From a virus: 64,000 nt of DNA. The notes beneath the pieces were generated by a model that had not been told where the DNA came from, searched no databases, and saw nothing but the letters and a program-made list of their open reading frames with translations. Position 1 is the stretch's first letter. The number at the start of each line of letters is the position of its first letter. The DNA is taken from IMG/VR virus record IMGVR_UViG_3300042453_004296, positions 6,015 through 70,014 of that record. One strand, 5' to 3'. Shown one piece after another: positions 9,805 to 19,443 of the stretch. A program made the position numbers and the translations under genes.

Positions 9805-10704
9805 TTATACTAATCCTGCTTTTTCAAAAATGTCCGGGTCGGTTATTGAAATCCAGTTTGCTTGGATATACTGCTGTTCAGACATATCATCCATATATGA
9901 CATACAGAATCGTCCATAATCATCTCTACTAATATCTTTTCCTTGAGGAAATTCACCCATAAATTTATCTAACATGTCTTCATTTTCATATGACTTAATC
10001 ACTTCAAGAACATCATTATATGAGTGACGTTCAGGTGATGCTTTCATAGCTGTGTTTAGATCAAATTCATTTAATTGGTTCTCAACTAAGCTTTTTCTTT
10101 GATTATATTGAGCTTCGGTAATTACACCTGCCATTTTTTGCATTTTAAGAAATGATTCATTAATAGTAGCTTCTTCACCTTCTTTATTTAATACTTTCTT
10201 TAGAATAGATCCAGCTACACGTTTTCCTGCTTCTTTAGATCCGTATTCTTTTCCAGCAGCATTAGCTATTTTAGCAAATCCTTTTCCTTTTTTACCAATG
10301 TCAGTTCCTTTTTTAAAACGAGCTTCTTCTAATTCTACTTCAGGAACTATAGCATTTTTCATACTGTCCATTGCATCTCCTTCTTCAACAGGCTCATCTT
10401 TTATTACTTCAGTTTTAGGCTCAGACTTTGAATTAAGTTTATCTAATTGTTTTTTTAATTTAGTTAAACTTTTTTCTAATGCTTTAACCTCGCCACTTAA
10501 TTCTTTCATTTTACCCTTATCAAGCATGTCATGGTATGCTTCATCTAAGCCTTCCATACTCATTTTCTTCTTACGAAGATCAATTGCTTCTTGAGTTGCA
10601 GTCATTTTAGCTTCTAAAGCTGCTTTGTTTCCAGCGTTGTCTATTTCTCTGATGTATTCGTTGATTGATTCACGTATAAGTGAGCGTAAGTTTTCTACTT
10701 TCAT
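9805..10704 (-). CDS. Coiled-coil hypothetical protein with leader motif
   Basis: 299 aa; MKVENLRSLIRESINEYIRE; late motif at 10720-10728. Confidence 0.8.
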   Translation of the reverse strand: MKVENLRSLIRESINEYIREIDNAGNKAALEAKMTATQEAIDLRKKKMSMEGLDEAYHDMLDKGKMKELSGEVKALEKSLTKLKKQLDKLNSKSEPKTEVIKDEPVEEGDAMDSMKNAIVPEVELEEARFKKGTDIGKKGKGFAKIANAAGKEYGSKEAGKRVAGSILKKVLNKEGEEATINESFLKMQKMAGVITEAQYNQRKSLVENQLNEFDLNTAMKASPERHSYNDVLEVIKSYENEDMLDKFMGEFPQGKDISRDDYGRFCMSYMDDMSEQQYIQANWISITDPDIFEKAGLV

Positions 10705-10735
10705 TGTTTTGTATTTTATTATAAATATGTGTGTT

Positions 10736-11104
10736 TTATTCTACGTCGTACTCGTTTTTACCAATTTTTAGGTGGGTAATAGTATTTACGTTTACCATAC
10801 GATATCCTTTAGATTTCATATCGTATACTGTTATTAGTCCTTTAGCTTCAGCATCGTATGCTAATTTGCCTCCTTTTAAATATACTTCAACACCTAAACG
10901 AGCATTCATTACTCTTTCAGTTCCATCTTTTTTAATAAAAGTAACAGTAAAAAACTTACCGTTAGTTGCTTTAATTAACCTTTTAGCTTCTTCTTGAGTG
11001 ATAGCACCCGAAGGGGTTGAGGGGGTTTCTGCTGGTATTACAGGTATGTCTTCTCCTTCGTTTTCGTTCAGGAAAAGTGATTTAAGGGAGTAATTCGCTT
11101 TCAT
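10736..11104 (-). CDS. SH3-like beta-barrel protein (DUF2693/WYL-like)
   Basis: FFTVTFIKKDGTERVMNA and VYDMKSKGYRMVN motifs. Confidence 0.65.
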   Translation of the reverse strand: MKANYSLKSLFLNENEGEDIPVIPAETPSTPSGAITQEEAKRLIKATNGKFFTVTFIKKDGTERVMNARLGVEVYLKGGKLAYDAEAKGLITVYDMKSKGYRMVNVNTITHLKIGKNEYDVE

Positions 11105-11864
11105 TTTCTTCTTTAATTTGTAAATATTGTTGGTAGATTCTTTCAGATACGGTATGATATTTACCGCAATCTTGACATTGCATTTGAATTCGAGATGTTC
11201 CTAAAGCAGATAAACGCTTTTTGGAATAAGCCATATTCATAGAACCACATTCAGGGCATGAGCATTTTTCTTCACCCATAGCAACACCATGATGTGTTTT
11301 GCTTGGGAGGTAATTTGCAAGTTCGTTATATACTTTTTCAAGTATAACAACATCATTCTTACAATACTCAGACATTTCTTTCAATGCCGCTGCATCTTTA
11401 TTTAAAACTATATTTTTCCACAAGTCGTAACCTGTGTGGATTTTTTCTCCTACTCCTAAAAATTTAGCTATGTAATCTAATTTGTTACTATTAAAATAAA
11501 ATTTAGATCTAGCACTTTTAAGTGTATCTAATGTTGTGTAATTTGGGAATACTGGGATTCGGTGGTATAGGCAGCGGGTTCTAATCCATGCTAAGTCAAA
11601 TCTATCACCATTGTGTCCTATTAATTCATCTGCTTCGTTAGCAATTTTAATGAATTTTTCTAGGAGTGATTTGTCGTTTTGATCTTTATCCCATGTTAAG
11701 ACATAGGTTTTATCATCATCTGCCCATTTATATGCTATACAAATAATAGCCCTTTCTTTAATAATATTATCAGGACTAATGTTCTTTTTATAACCGGCCG
11801 CCCAAAACAATCCAATATTTGGGCTTGTTTCGATGTCAAAGAATAATCTTTTTATTTTACTCAT
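11082..11864 (-). CDS. RNase H-like (DEDD) exonuclease with C-terminal zinc ribbon
   Basis: FFDIETS, GHNGDRFD, YCKNDV, plus CPECGS and CQDCG; probable start MSKIKRL at 11864. Confidence 0.85.
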   Translation of the reverse strand: MSKIKRLFFDIETSPNIGLFWAAGYKKNISPDNIIKERAIICIAYKWADDDKTYVLTWDKDQNDKSLLEKFIKIANEADELIGHNGDRFDLAWIRTRCLYHRIPVFPNYTTLDTLKSARSKFYFNSNKLDYIAKFLGVGEKIHTGYDLWKNIVLNKDAAALKEMSEYCKNDVVILEKVYNELANYLPSKTHHGVAMGEEKCSCPECGSMNMAYSKKRLSALGTSRIQMQCQDCGKYHTVSERIYQQYLQIKEENESELLP

Positions 11865-11923
11865 AAAACTAGAGTTGTTTTTTTTGTTAATGTATAACAC
11901 ATATGGTGTAAAACCTACCTACT

Positions 11924-12301
11924 TTACACAGTTTTCTTTTCTACAGATTTAGTTAATTTAAAATTCCTAACACCTTCAATAGCTCGAATTTTATCAAATA
12001 AACCTTGTAAATCTTCATCCTTAAATCCTGATGGGTAAGGGTGTGGGTCGATTTTAATACGAAGGACTGTGTAATAATTTGGGTTATTAAATGCTAGTAC
12101 TTCTGGTCCTTGCATTTCGTAGTCTTTTGTAGACACAATTGTTATACCAGGTAAGGATCTAACATCAGATAATATATCTTTTTGGGGGCGAGACGTAGTG
12201 TCTGTTTGAAGAAGTCCCTCAACATTATATTGAGTAGACTCTTCATTCAGAATATTACTTAATTCCTCTTTAATAAGTTGTATTAATTCAGATTTTTTCA
12301 C
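11924..12301 (-). CDS. Hypothetical protein with leader motif
   Basis: MKKSELIQLIKEELSNILNE; 125 aa. Confidence 0.75.
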   Translation of the reverse strand: MKKSELIQLIKEELSNILNEESTQYNVEGLLQTDTTSRPQKDILSDVRSLPGITIVSTKDYEMQGPEVLAFNNPNYYTVLRIKIDPHPYPSGFKDEDLQGLFDKIRAIEGVRNFKLTKSVEKKTV

Positions 12302-13575
12302 TTTTTATTTATTTTCAAAGTCAACGTACCGTTACCTTTAATAACACGATGCCATTGTCCTTTTGGTATAAATATTGATTCATTTATAGAAGTTGGTAAT
12401 TGATCTTCTAATTGTATTTTCCAATCAGTGTTACCTACAATTTCTACAATACGATCTTCTCTATCACGATGCCATTTTAACTCAATTGGGTCAATACTCG
12501 CATTAAACTCGCGTATAATGTATTCGTCTGTAACCTCAATATCAGTATATGGTCTTGTATTTTCATCTAAACCTTCTAACCCAGTATCATCTTTTTTAAG
12601 ATCTTTTTCAATATCTCTCATCTCATTAGTTGCCCATTGTTTTTGGGCTGAGGTAAGTGATTTGTTGATTAGGTTTTCAATAAATTCTACAAATTCTTCT
12701 TCTTCAAGTTTATATACTTCAGAGAAAAATAATTCTCGTACACGTAAATCTTCAATATTACTTTCAACAAATAAATTGTTTAATTCGTCATATATAAATT
12801 TACCGTATTGTAAGTCACGTGGCTCATTTGATAATTTATCTACTTTACCGATAATGGCTTTATTTTGTTCTTGGTCTTGTCCAAATCCTTGTGTACCAAC
12901 AATTTCGTAAAGTCCTTTTACAATTTCGTGTACCAACATTGGGAAACAAATTGCTTTGGCTTTAATAACAAACTGTTGTTCTTCTTCATCGTAAACCATC
13001 TCACTTTCACCACCTTGCATATTATTGTTTTGAGCCATCATTGCTAATAACATAGCAATAGCATTCTCATCATCGTATATACCAAATGATAGTTTTAAGA
13101 TTTCAGCATATTTATCTACTAAATTTTCGTCTAATACATCTAGGTATTCTCTGAATATGTAGAATGCAAATGCCCCTCTAATAGAAGCACCTTGGGTAAT
13201 ACCATTTATGATGCGACGTTTTGCTAGTACTGCTTCAGGTGTATTTGCATCTTCAGCTGGTGTTTCATCTTCTCCCCCACCACCGATATTCATATCTCCC
13301 ATGCCTACTATTTCAGCATCAATGCGAATATTAGCATATTCAATAATTGGGTATGCTTGTGTTACCATATCAACAGCTATACCTTCTAGAGCATCACGAT
13401 ACCCATCTTCAGCAGATATAATATCATCTAGTAATTGTCGTGAACGCATCATTGTTTGCATCAATGATTTGTTACCTAACATTTGACGTAAAGATTCACC
13501 TGACTTACCTTTTAAGGCAGCCATTGTTTCTGGTTTGAATATTTTTTCGTATTCTACTTCTAATAGTTTAGCCAT
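12298..13575 (-). CDS. Hypothetical protein (HE motif) fused to a C-terminal cupin domain
   Basis: LVHEIVKG in the N-terminal part; WHRDRED..FIPKGQWHRVIKG cupin-like motifs at the C-terminus. Confidence 0.7.
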   Translation of the reverse strand: MAKLLEVEYEKIFKPETMAALKGKSGESLRQMLGNKSLMQTMMRSRQLLDDIISAEDGYRDALEGIAVDMVTQAYPIIEYANIRIDAEIVGMGDMNIGGGGEDETPAEDANTPEAVLAKRRIINGITQGASIRGAFAFYIFREYLDVLDENLVDKYAEILKLSFGIYDDENAIAMLLAMMAQNNNMQGGESEMVYDEEEQQFVIKAKAICFPMLVHEIVKGLYEIVGTQGFGQDQEQNKAIIGKVDKLSNEPRDLQYGKFIYDELNNLFVESNIEDLRVRELFFSEVYKLEEEEFVEFIENLINKSLTSAQKQWATNEMRDIEKDLKKDDTGLEGLDENTRPYTDIEVTDEYIIREFNASIDPIELKWHRDREDRIVEIVGNTDWKIQLEDQLPTSINESIFIPKGQWHRVIKGNGTLTLKINKK

Positions 13576-13589
13576 GGTGTAAATTTATA

Positions 13590-13979
13590 TTAAAATTGTG
13601 ATAAATCCACCCCTAATTTAGCAGCCATTGCCTCTAGAGCAGCTTTAAATCCCTCTTCATATCCTTTTTCATATTCTGAAGTTGATCCAACACGTGGTTC
13701 TGGTTTTCCAGGGTAGTTAAATCCTAATTCGTCTAGGCTTTTCTTAGCTGATTTAAAACGAGCAACAATTTTGTCAATCATTTCTTCTTCTTTTAAACCA
13801 GCTTTTGGTTTTGGATTAACACCAGGAGCAGGCTGATCAAATCCTCTACGCTTTGGAGTAGTGCTAGGGGTTGTTTTAGGTGGAGCAGTAGTTGTTTCCT
13901 TTTCTTTAGCAGGGGCATTTTCAGCTAAAATAGCTACTAATTCCTCTTTAATTATACGTTTTAAGTCTTTAGCGTTCAT
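13590..13979 (-). CDS. Hypothetical protein with leader motif
   Basis: MNAKDLKRIIKEELVAILAE followed by a Pro/Thr-rich linker. Confidence 0.75.
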   Translation of the reverse strand: MNAKDLKRIIKEELVAILAENAPAKEKETTTAPPKTTPSTTPKRRGFDQPAPGVNPKPKAGLKEEEMIDKIVARFKSAKKSLDELGFNYPGKPEPRVGSTSEYEKGYEEGFKAALEAMAAKLGVDLSQF

Positions 13980-13980
13980 T

Positions 13981-16620
13981 TTATTTTTGTTTTAATTTTT
14001 CTTTAATCATTGATGGGTTGTGTGCCATATGTAATCTAGTAACAACTTCAGTTAATTCCTCGTTCAAGTTATTTTGTTGTAATACTGTTGCTAAATCAGA
14101 TGGGCTAGCTATTCGTATAAATTGACCATTTGGTCTCATTATTAAGTGAATATTACCAGGTTGAATAACAATAGAAGCTATCATCGTTCCACTGTCTAAT
14201 CTTATAATATACATTTTACTTTGACTAGTAGTAGAATTAAGTACTCTTACTACTTCACCTGTTCCTCTTAATAAATTATCACGACGTGATGCTCCTCTAT
14301 CTCCAGCTAATGGACTTGAGGTTACAAGTACAAATGGATTTCGAGCCCAGTTTGGTAATGCTGTGAAGGCAGCTTGCAACGTAGGGGATGTTGCAAAATA
14401 TTGAGCAATAGTTATTCCAGCACCAGCATTAGGTTGTTGGACTACAGGTCGTGTTTGTGCTCCAGCTGCTGGTCTTCCTCTTCTTGCAGGTGCTACTTGC
14501 CCAGCGGCAGCTGGTGCTTCTGGGGTTTCACCACCTTGTGGGTTAGGTAATGGGTTAGCACCTAATAATCGTTGTGCTACTTGAGGTTTAATATTTGCTC
14601 TAATTAATCCACCACGTTTTCCTACTATTAAACTATCAGCAGAGTTTGCTGTGTTTAACAATATTGGTCTTTCAGTACCGTCTTTTACAATAACAAATGG
14701 GCGGTATCGGTTTGCAGCATCTAATGGGGGGTTAGCCTTAATAAAGTTAATTTTAGGCTCTAATCCACCATATCCCTGGTAATCTAATAGAGATCTTAAA
14801 GCAGCATCATTATATGATGCATTAGTATCTCTTAAATAAGCAAAATAGGCAGCCCATTGCTCTTCAGTATCTATGCTATTTGAGCCGGCAGTTCTTCTCC
14901 AAGCGTTTCCACCATTATAAGAATATGATATTCTATTTCGAGTTAATACACCTGTGTTTGATTGAGGAACCCCAAACATAGATAATGGAGAATTAGGAGA
15001 AAGTATTAATACTTGAGGTGACCCTGCAGCCCCAGCATTTGTAACTATTCTTGAATCATATGGGATAGAATTTAAAATACTAAATAATGATTCTTTATCT
15101 ATGGTATCTGGGATGTTTCGTTGTTTATTTACTAAATCAAATGCGTTTTGTTGTAGATTTGTGTTTTCAGTTGCTTGGCTAAGTACTTCTTGTACTTCAG
15201 GGTCATTAAAATCTATTCTAGATACGGTATTTCCTTCTAGTTTATATGAAGCAAATGAGTTTGTGTCTATAATGATTTGACCTCCTTCTACATCTCTAAC
15301 AATAATAGCAGAATTTGGGTCTTCTTTTCCTTTTTTAATTATTTGGTCTACAACTTCTCTACTTATAGAACCTTTAGATACTAGTTCTAATAATAACTTA
15401 AGAGGTATTTTATCTAGGTCTGGGTATTCTAGTAGGTATTTTACAGTACGAGGTGTTAATTTAATGTTTGGGTAATCAGCATCTTCAGTGTATATCCCAA
15501 TTTTTATATCATCCCCTAGTGTTAGTTTAACTATAGCATTTTTATCTCCAGAAACATATAATCTTGATAGACCTTTATCATCCCATTTATCAGCATATGT
15601 AAGTGCTTTTTTAACATCAAATGATAAGTTATCTTTAGATAATTCATCAGCTGATACTTTTCGGGTATTAGCTAATATAGATCTTTGGGCTTGTTTATCA
15701 AATTTATCTATATTAGCAAGCAACATTTCAGAATCAATAACCCCCGGGGTTACTGCTATGAATTCTGCTAGTTGTGGGTATTTAGGAAGATATGCAGATA
15801 CAAATTTTTCATTAGATATATCATCAAATAATTTACTCTTATTTTTTCTTATAACTAAATATTGTTTTTTAGTTTTAAAAGGTAATGCTATCCATTCTCT
15901 AATTGTAATGGAGTTAGCACTATATAATTTATCTGTTTCTTCTTCTGATGAAGAGATAGGGATATACTTAAGTATGTTTTTAACATTAGGGACATCACGT
16001 AACCACGGGATTTCAGATAACAATTGCTCCCAACTCATTGGGTTAGATTCGTTTGGGATGTTTATTCTATTAGTATAAACGTATTTTTTACTATCATCAG
16101 GAGTATCTCTAACCTGGATGGCTACAAAGCTTAGTTTATTGCCTGATGATAAATTTTCGTTTTTAGCTAGGTAAAATGTAGGGTATGCTCTATCTTTACT
16201 ATATCTATAGGTACCATATGATCCTCGGGTTATACACCAATTTTCACCACGTCCATAAGTTACACAATTACCTTCTTTGCTACCATTATATATTACAATT
16301 CCTCCTTCATTGTATACTACATCTGGGGTGCTATTTTCAGGTTCTTCAGAGGTTTCAGCTCCGGCAGATGATGTAACTAGATTAATTAATTTTGCTAAAG
16401 AATACTTACGTAAGTCTTTTTCTGTAATTTTAGGGGAGTTTTTGATTTGATCAAAACGCTCAATATATTTTTTTAATTGGTCATCAGAGATTGTTAAGTT
16501 TAAATCTTCTACCTCTTCCTTAAATTTAGCCATTAAATTCCTTATCTCTCCTTCAGAGTATTCATTCAGTGGAAATAAGTTGTGGACAATATGGTTTATA
16601 AATTTGTCTGTGTTATTCAT
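13981..16620 (-). CDS. Large multidomain hypothetical protein (YGxGxxWC domain, AT-hook-like RRGRP)
   Basis: 879 aa; late motif at 16640-16648. Confidence 0.8.
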   Translation of the reverse strand: MNNTDKFINHIVHNLFPLNEYSEGEIRNLMAKFKEEVEDLNLTISDDQLKKYIERFDQIKNSPKITEKDLRKYSLAKLINLVTSSAGAETSEEPENSTPDVVYNEGGIVIYNGSKEGNCVTYGRGENWCITRGSYGTYRYSKDRAYPTFYLAKNENLSSGNKLSFVAIQVRDTPDDSKKYVYTNRINIPNESNPMSWEQLLSEIPWLRDVPNVKNILKYIPISSSEEETDKLYSANSITIREWIALPFKTKKQYLVIRKNKSKLFDDISNEKFVSAYLPKYPQLAEFIAVTPGVIDSEMLLANIDKFDKQAQRSILANTRKVSADELSKDNLSFDVKKALTYADKWDDKGLSRLYVSGDKNAIVKLTLGDDIKIGIYTEDADYPNIKLTPRTVKYLLEYPDLDKIPLKLLLELVSKGSISREVVDQIIKKGKEDPNSAIIVRDVEGGQIIIDTNSFASYKLEGNTVSRIDFNDPEVQEVLSQATENTNLQQNAFDLVNKQRNIPDTIDKESLFSILNSIPYDSRIVTNAGAAGSPQVLILSPNSPLSMFGVPQSNTGVLTRNRISYSYNGGNAWRRTAGSNSIDTEEQWAAYFAYLRDTNASYNDAALRSLLDYQGYGGLEPKINFIKANPPLDAANRYRPFVIVKDGTERPILLNTANSADSLIVGKRGGLIRANIKPQVAQRLLGANPLPNPQGGETPEAPAAAGQVAPARRGRPAAGAQTRPVVQQPNAGAGITIAQYFATSPTLQAAFTALPNWARNPFVLVTSSPLAGDRGASRRDNLLRGTGEVVRVLNSTTSQSKMYIIRLDSGTMIASIVIQPGNIHLIMRPNGQFIRIASPSDLATVLQQNNLNEELTEVVTRLHMAHNPSMIKEKLKQK

Positions 16621-16654
16621 TACCAGAAATTAGATTTATTATAAATATGGGTAA

Positions 16655-17080
16655 TTATTCTTTAGTTTTATCAACTAATGGGCCTCCAACAACCCAAGCA
16701 TCACAAGTTCGGGCAGCTGCGCATTTAAATTTTAAAAATCTACAATACCCTAATTTACCAGCGTTAATTACATCAAATGGATCTTCTGATCCTTCATCAT
16801 TACCTATTCCTTTAGCTATACAATCTAATGTTTTTGTTGTAATATCAAAAGCAGCACAATTATCACATAATGAAGTTTTAGCTTCTTCTATAGAGTCAAG
16901 CTGCCACATATCTGCTTTAGCTTGCCAAAATTTTTCATTTGGTTCATTTGGATTTAAAGGACCATATCCTTGACCTTCAATAGCTTTTTGTCTGTTTTGA
17001 AGATTTAGTTCTATATTTTGAGTAGGAGCAGGACATTTATTCATATCTGCTTCATTTAAGATGTCTACTAATTTAATCAT
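16655..17080 (-). CDS. Cys-rich protein with HiPIP-like Cys spacing
   Basis: CDNC...GYCRFLKFKCAAARTCDAW; probable start MIKLVDILNE at 17080. Confidence 0.6.
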   Translation of the reverse strand: MIKLVDILNEADMNKCPAPTQNIELNLQNRQKAIEGQGYGPLNPNEPNEKFWQAKADMWQLDSIEEAKTSLCDNCAAFDITTKTLDCIAKGIGNDEGSEDPFDVINAGKLGYCRFLKFKCAAARTCDAWVVGGPLVDKTKE

Positions 17081-17532
17081 TTTGTTTTTCCCCATTTTTT
17101 ACCTTTGCCTTTTGTTTTACATTGAGCTGGTGTAGGGCGGCATGATGGGTATTTAGCTCGTTTTTCACCTTCTTTTCTACCACAAGGTTTACATTTACCA
17201 TTACGGCATGTGTTGCAGTCTACCCATCCACCTTCTTTACCAGGTGCTCCTTTACGTTTAAACCAAGTACGAAGTGTTTCTTTTTCTTGAAGTTTTCTTA
17301 CAATAATTTCTTTTAATCTAGCATATCCTGATCCGTATGGAGCGGCTTTGCCTGATTGTGGGTCGTCTGTTTCTTTTAAACTTTTCCAAATTTTACCTTG
17401 ACGACATCTAACAATAGCACCTGATTTGTAAGCAGAAGGTTTATCATATTTGCGGTCAGCAATACGTTTACAGCGATCTGCTTTTTTCTTTTCTTCTAAA
17501 AGAATATGTTCTATTAATTGTGTAATATTCAT
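17077..17532 (-). CDS. Basic Cys-rich hypothetical protein
   Basis: PSAYKSG, LRTWF..WVDC, CGRK and YPSCRP motifs. Confidence 0.75.
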   Translation of the reverse strand: MNITQLIEHILLEEKKKADRCKRIADRKYDKPSAYKSGAIVRCRQGKIWKSLKETDDPQSGKAAPYGSGYARLKEIIVRKLQEKETLRTWFKRKGAPGKEGGWVDCNTCRNGKCKPCGRKEGEKRAKYPSCRPTPAQCKTKGKGKKWGKTK

Positions 17533-17533
17533 A

Positions 17534-18163
17534 TCACCAGAATCCTGAGAATGTTGTTTTAAATCCTAGTAATTTTGCGTAACGTGGGAGACGACATGAC
17601 CAATAAGATGCTTTTGTTCTATCTTTCTTTTGAGCACATTTGTGACGAGCAGCAAATGCTCTTCTAGCTTCAGGGTTATTAAGTTTAGCACGTAATCCAC
17701 CACCCGCCATACCAAATGATACTTTCTTAATACGTTTGGTTTTAGGGTCTTTAACATAAACATAGAATTTTTTAGAGCCACCACGTTTTGGTTTACCTAA
17801 TGCTGGTTGTTTCTTTTCTTCTTCTAATTCTGCTTCTGTTAATGTTTCGATTTCCATCATTGGTAAATCTAAAGGTACTATTTCACCTTCAAACATTCCA
17901 AAACGACCTAAGTCTGTGGTTTCAAATAATTTCTTATCTAAGTCTTGTAATTCAATAATACCTTGTTTCCAAAGTAAACGAGCCTCATGGATTAAATTAA
18001 TGTGGGATTTAGAACCAGGGCGGAATACATTTTCGTGTAATTGAATTTGATTACTCAAATGATATCGCATCTCCTCAGATATTGGGGCGATATATTGTTT
18101 TGATTCGTTTAACATAGGTGCTTTATCACAAGTATTACACCCACAATCACATTTTTTCTTCAT
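17534..18163 (-). CDS. Hypothetical protein with basic C-terminal domain
   Basis: KKFYVYVK..KKVSFG..FAARHKC..YWSC; probable start MKKKCDCGC after the late motif at 18178-18185. Confidence 0.75.
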   Translation of the reverse strand: MKKKCDCGCNTCDKAPMLNESKQYIAPISEEMRYHLSNQIQLHENVFRPGSKSHINLIHEARLLWKQGIIELQDLDKKLFETTDLGRFGMFEGEIVPLDLPMMEIETLTEAELEEEKKQPALGKPKRGGSKKFYVYVKDPKTKRIKKVSFGMAGGGLRAKLNNPEARRAFAARHKCAQKKDRTKASYWSCRLPRYAKLLGFKTTFSGFW

Positions 18164-18185
18164 CGGTAGCATTTCCGATAAATAT

Positions 18186-18638
18186 TTAACGGGCCAGTAA
18201 ATAAACCAAAGGAGCAATAATGATTAATGATGCTCCACCTGTTATAAATGTTGCTTTAACCCATTTATTTTTTTCATTAATCATGTTGGTTAATGTAACC
18301 TTTGTATTTTCATGAGCCGTATATTCAGTATTATATTTATTTTGGAAGTCTCTAGATACAACTAATAAGTTATCGTATTCATTATTTAAATGATCATATG
18401 CTGATCTTTCTCTTTCGATTTGTAAATCAGCATCCATAGCATATTTTTCCCATTTTGCTTTTTCAAGCTTACATCCTTCAAACTGTTTAAATTTTACTAA
18501 TAATTCAATTTCTTGTTTGTTAGTAAAAAATATACCAGTATCACCACCAAAAACAATACGTTTAGGGGTTAAGTGTTGACCACATGCTATCACGTTGGTC
18601 AATAGTAAAATTATGGATATTAGAAATGTCTTTAGCAT
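18186..18638 (-). CDS. Secreted or lipoprotein coiled-coil protein with C-terminal TM (spanin-like)
   Basis: Signal MLKTFLISIILLLTNVIA-C from ATG 18638, then coiled coil and a C-terminal hydrophobic helix. Confidence 0.55.
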   Translation of the reverse strand: MLKTFLISIILLLTNVIACGQHLTPKRIVFGGDTGIFFTNKQEIELLVKFKQFEGCKLEKAKWEKYAMDADLQIERERSAYDHLNNEYDNLLVVSRDFQNKYNTEYTAHENTKVTLTNMINEKNKWVKATFITGGASLIIIAPLVYLLAR

Positions 18639-18879
18639 TTTGGGTTTGGATATATTGGATTTCTGTTTTAACGTTTGCTTGAGCACTGTCATAATCCTGT
18701 TTTAGTTTAGTATATGAGTTATTCAATGAATCTACAATATGACTTAAACTATCAATACGATTATCAACCGGAGGTGTTATTGGTCTAGATGTAGGGGTAA
18801 TAGACTTTATTATCAATAATGAAACCAATAATACAACTAATAACCATGGTAAAACGGGATGTTTTAGGAATTTTTTCAT
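18562..18879 (-). CDS. N-terminal TM plus periplasmic coiled coil (i-spanin-like)
   Basis: TM at about residues 9-25, then heptad-rich helix; overlaps the downstream gene in another frame. Confidence 0.55.
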   Translation of the reverse strand: MKKFLKHPVLPWLLVVLLVSLLIIKSITPTSRPITPPVDNRIDSLSHIVDSLNNSYTKLKQDYDSAQANVKTEIQYIQTQNAKDISNIHNFTIDQRDSMWSTLNP

Positions 18880-19442
18880 TATGCTGGTACTGTTTCTTCA
18901 GGTGTTTCTTCTTCTGCCGGTGGGGTTTCTAATGAGGTTTCAGCCCCAGGTTCAGGTACAGTTTCATCTGCTGGGGTTTCACCTCCTACTGGTATTTCAC
19001 CAAGTGATGCTTCTTCACCAGTTTCTGCTTTTTCAGGTTCTGGGCCACCACCATACATTAATATGCGAGCGATAGATTCAGCAGCGCGTTCTTCTTCATT
19101 TAGGTTACTCAGATAATATTTTTTGCCTTCTACTTTAGCAATCCAAGAACGTTCTGTGTATATTAAGTAAAAAAACTGGCTGTTTGCTAATATAATTTTA
19201 AATGTAGTAGGGCGGGGTGCAACCCACCATATATCAGATATAAAGTCTTCGTACTGGTCTGTTAGAAGATCAGATACAACTTTTTTTAAAGTTGGGAATT
19301 TAGTTAAAATAGGAAATAACTCTTTATCAAAGTTAACATCTTCAGGTGATACATCTAATGCACTACTTGCCCCTGCTTTAGCAGTATAGACACGTTTTGC
19401 TATAGTTTGTATTTTATCTACTAATTCCTGTTTACTAGCCAT
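18879..19442 (-). CDS. Hypothetical protein with acidic Pro/Glu tail
   Basis: 187 aa ORF, tightly packed. Confidence 0.75.
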   Translation of the reverse strand: MASKQELVDKIQTIAKRVYTAKAGASSALDVSPEDVNFDKELFPILTKFPTLKKVVSDLLTDQYEDFISDIWWVAPRPTTFKIILANSQFFYLIYTERSWIAKVEGKKYYLSNLNEEERAAESIARILMYGGGPEPEKAETGEEASLGEIPVGGETPADETVPEPGAETSLETPPAEEETPEETVPA

Positions 19443-19443
19443 C

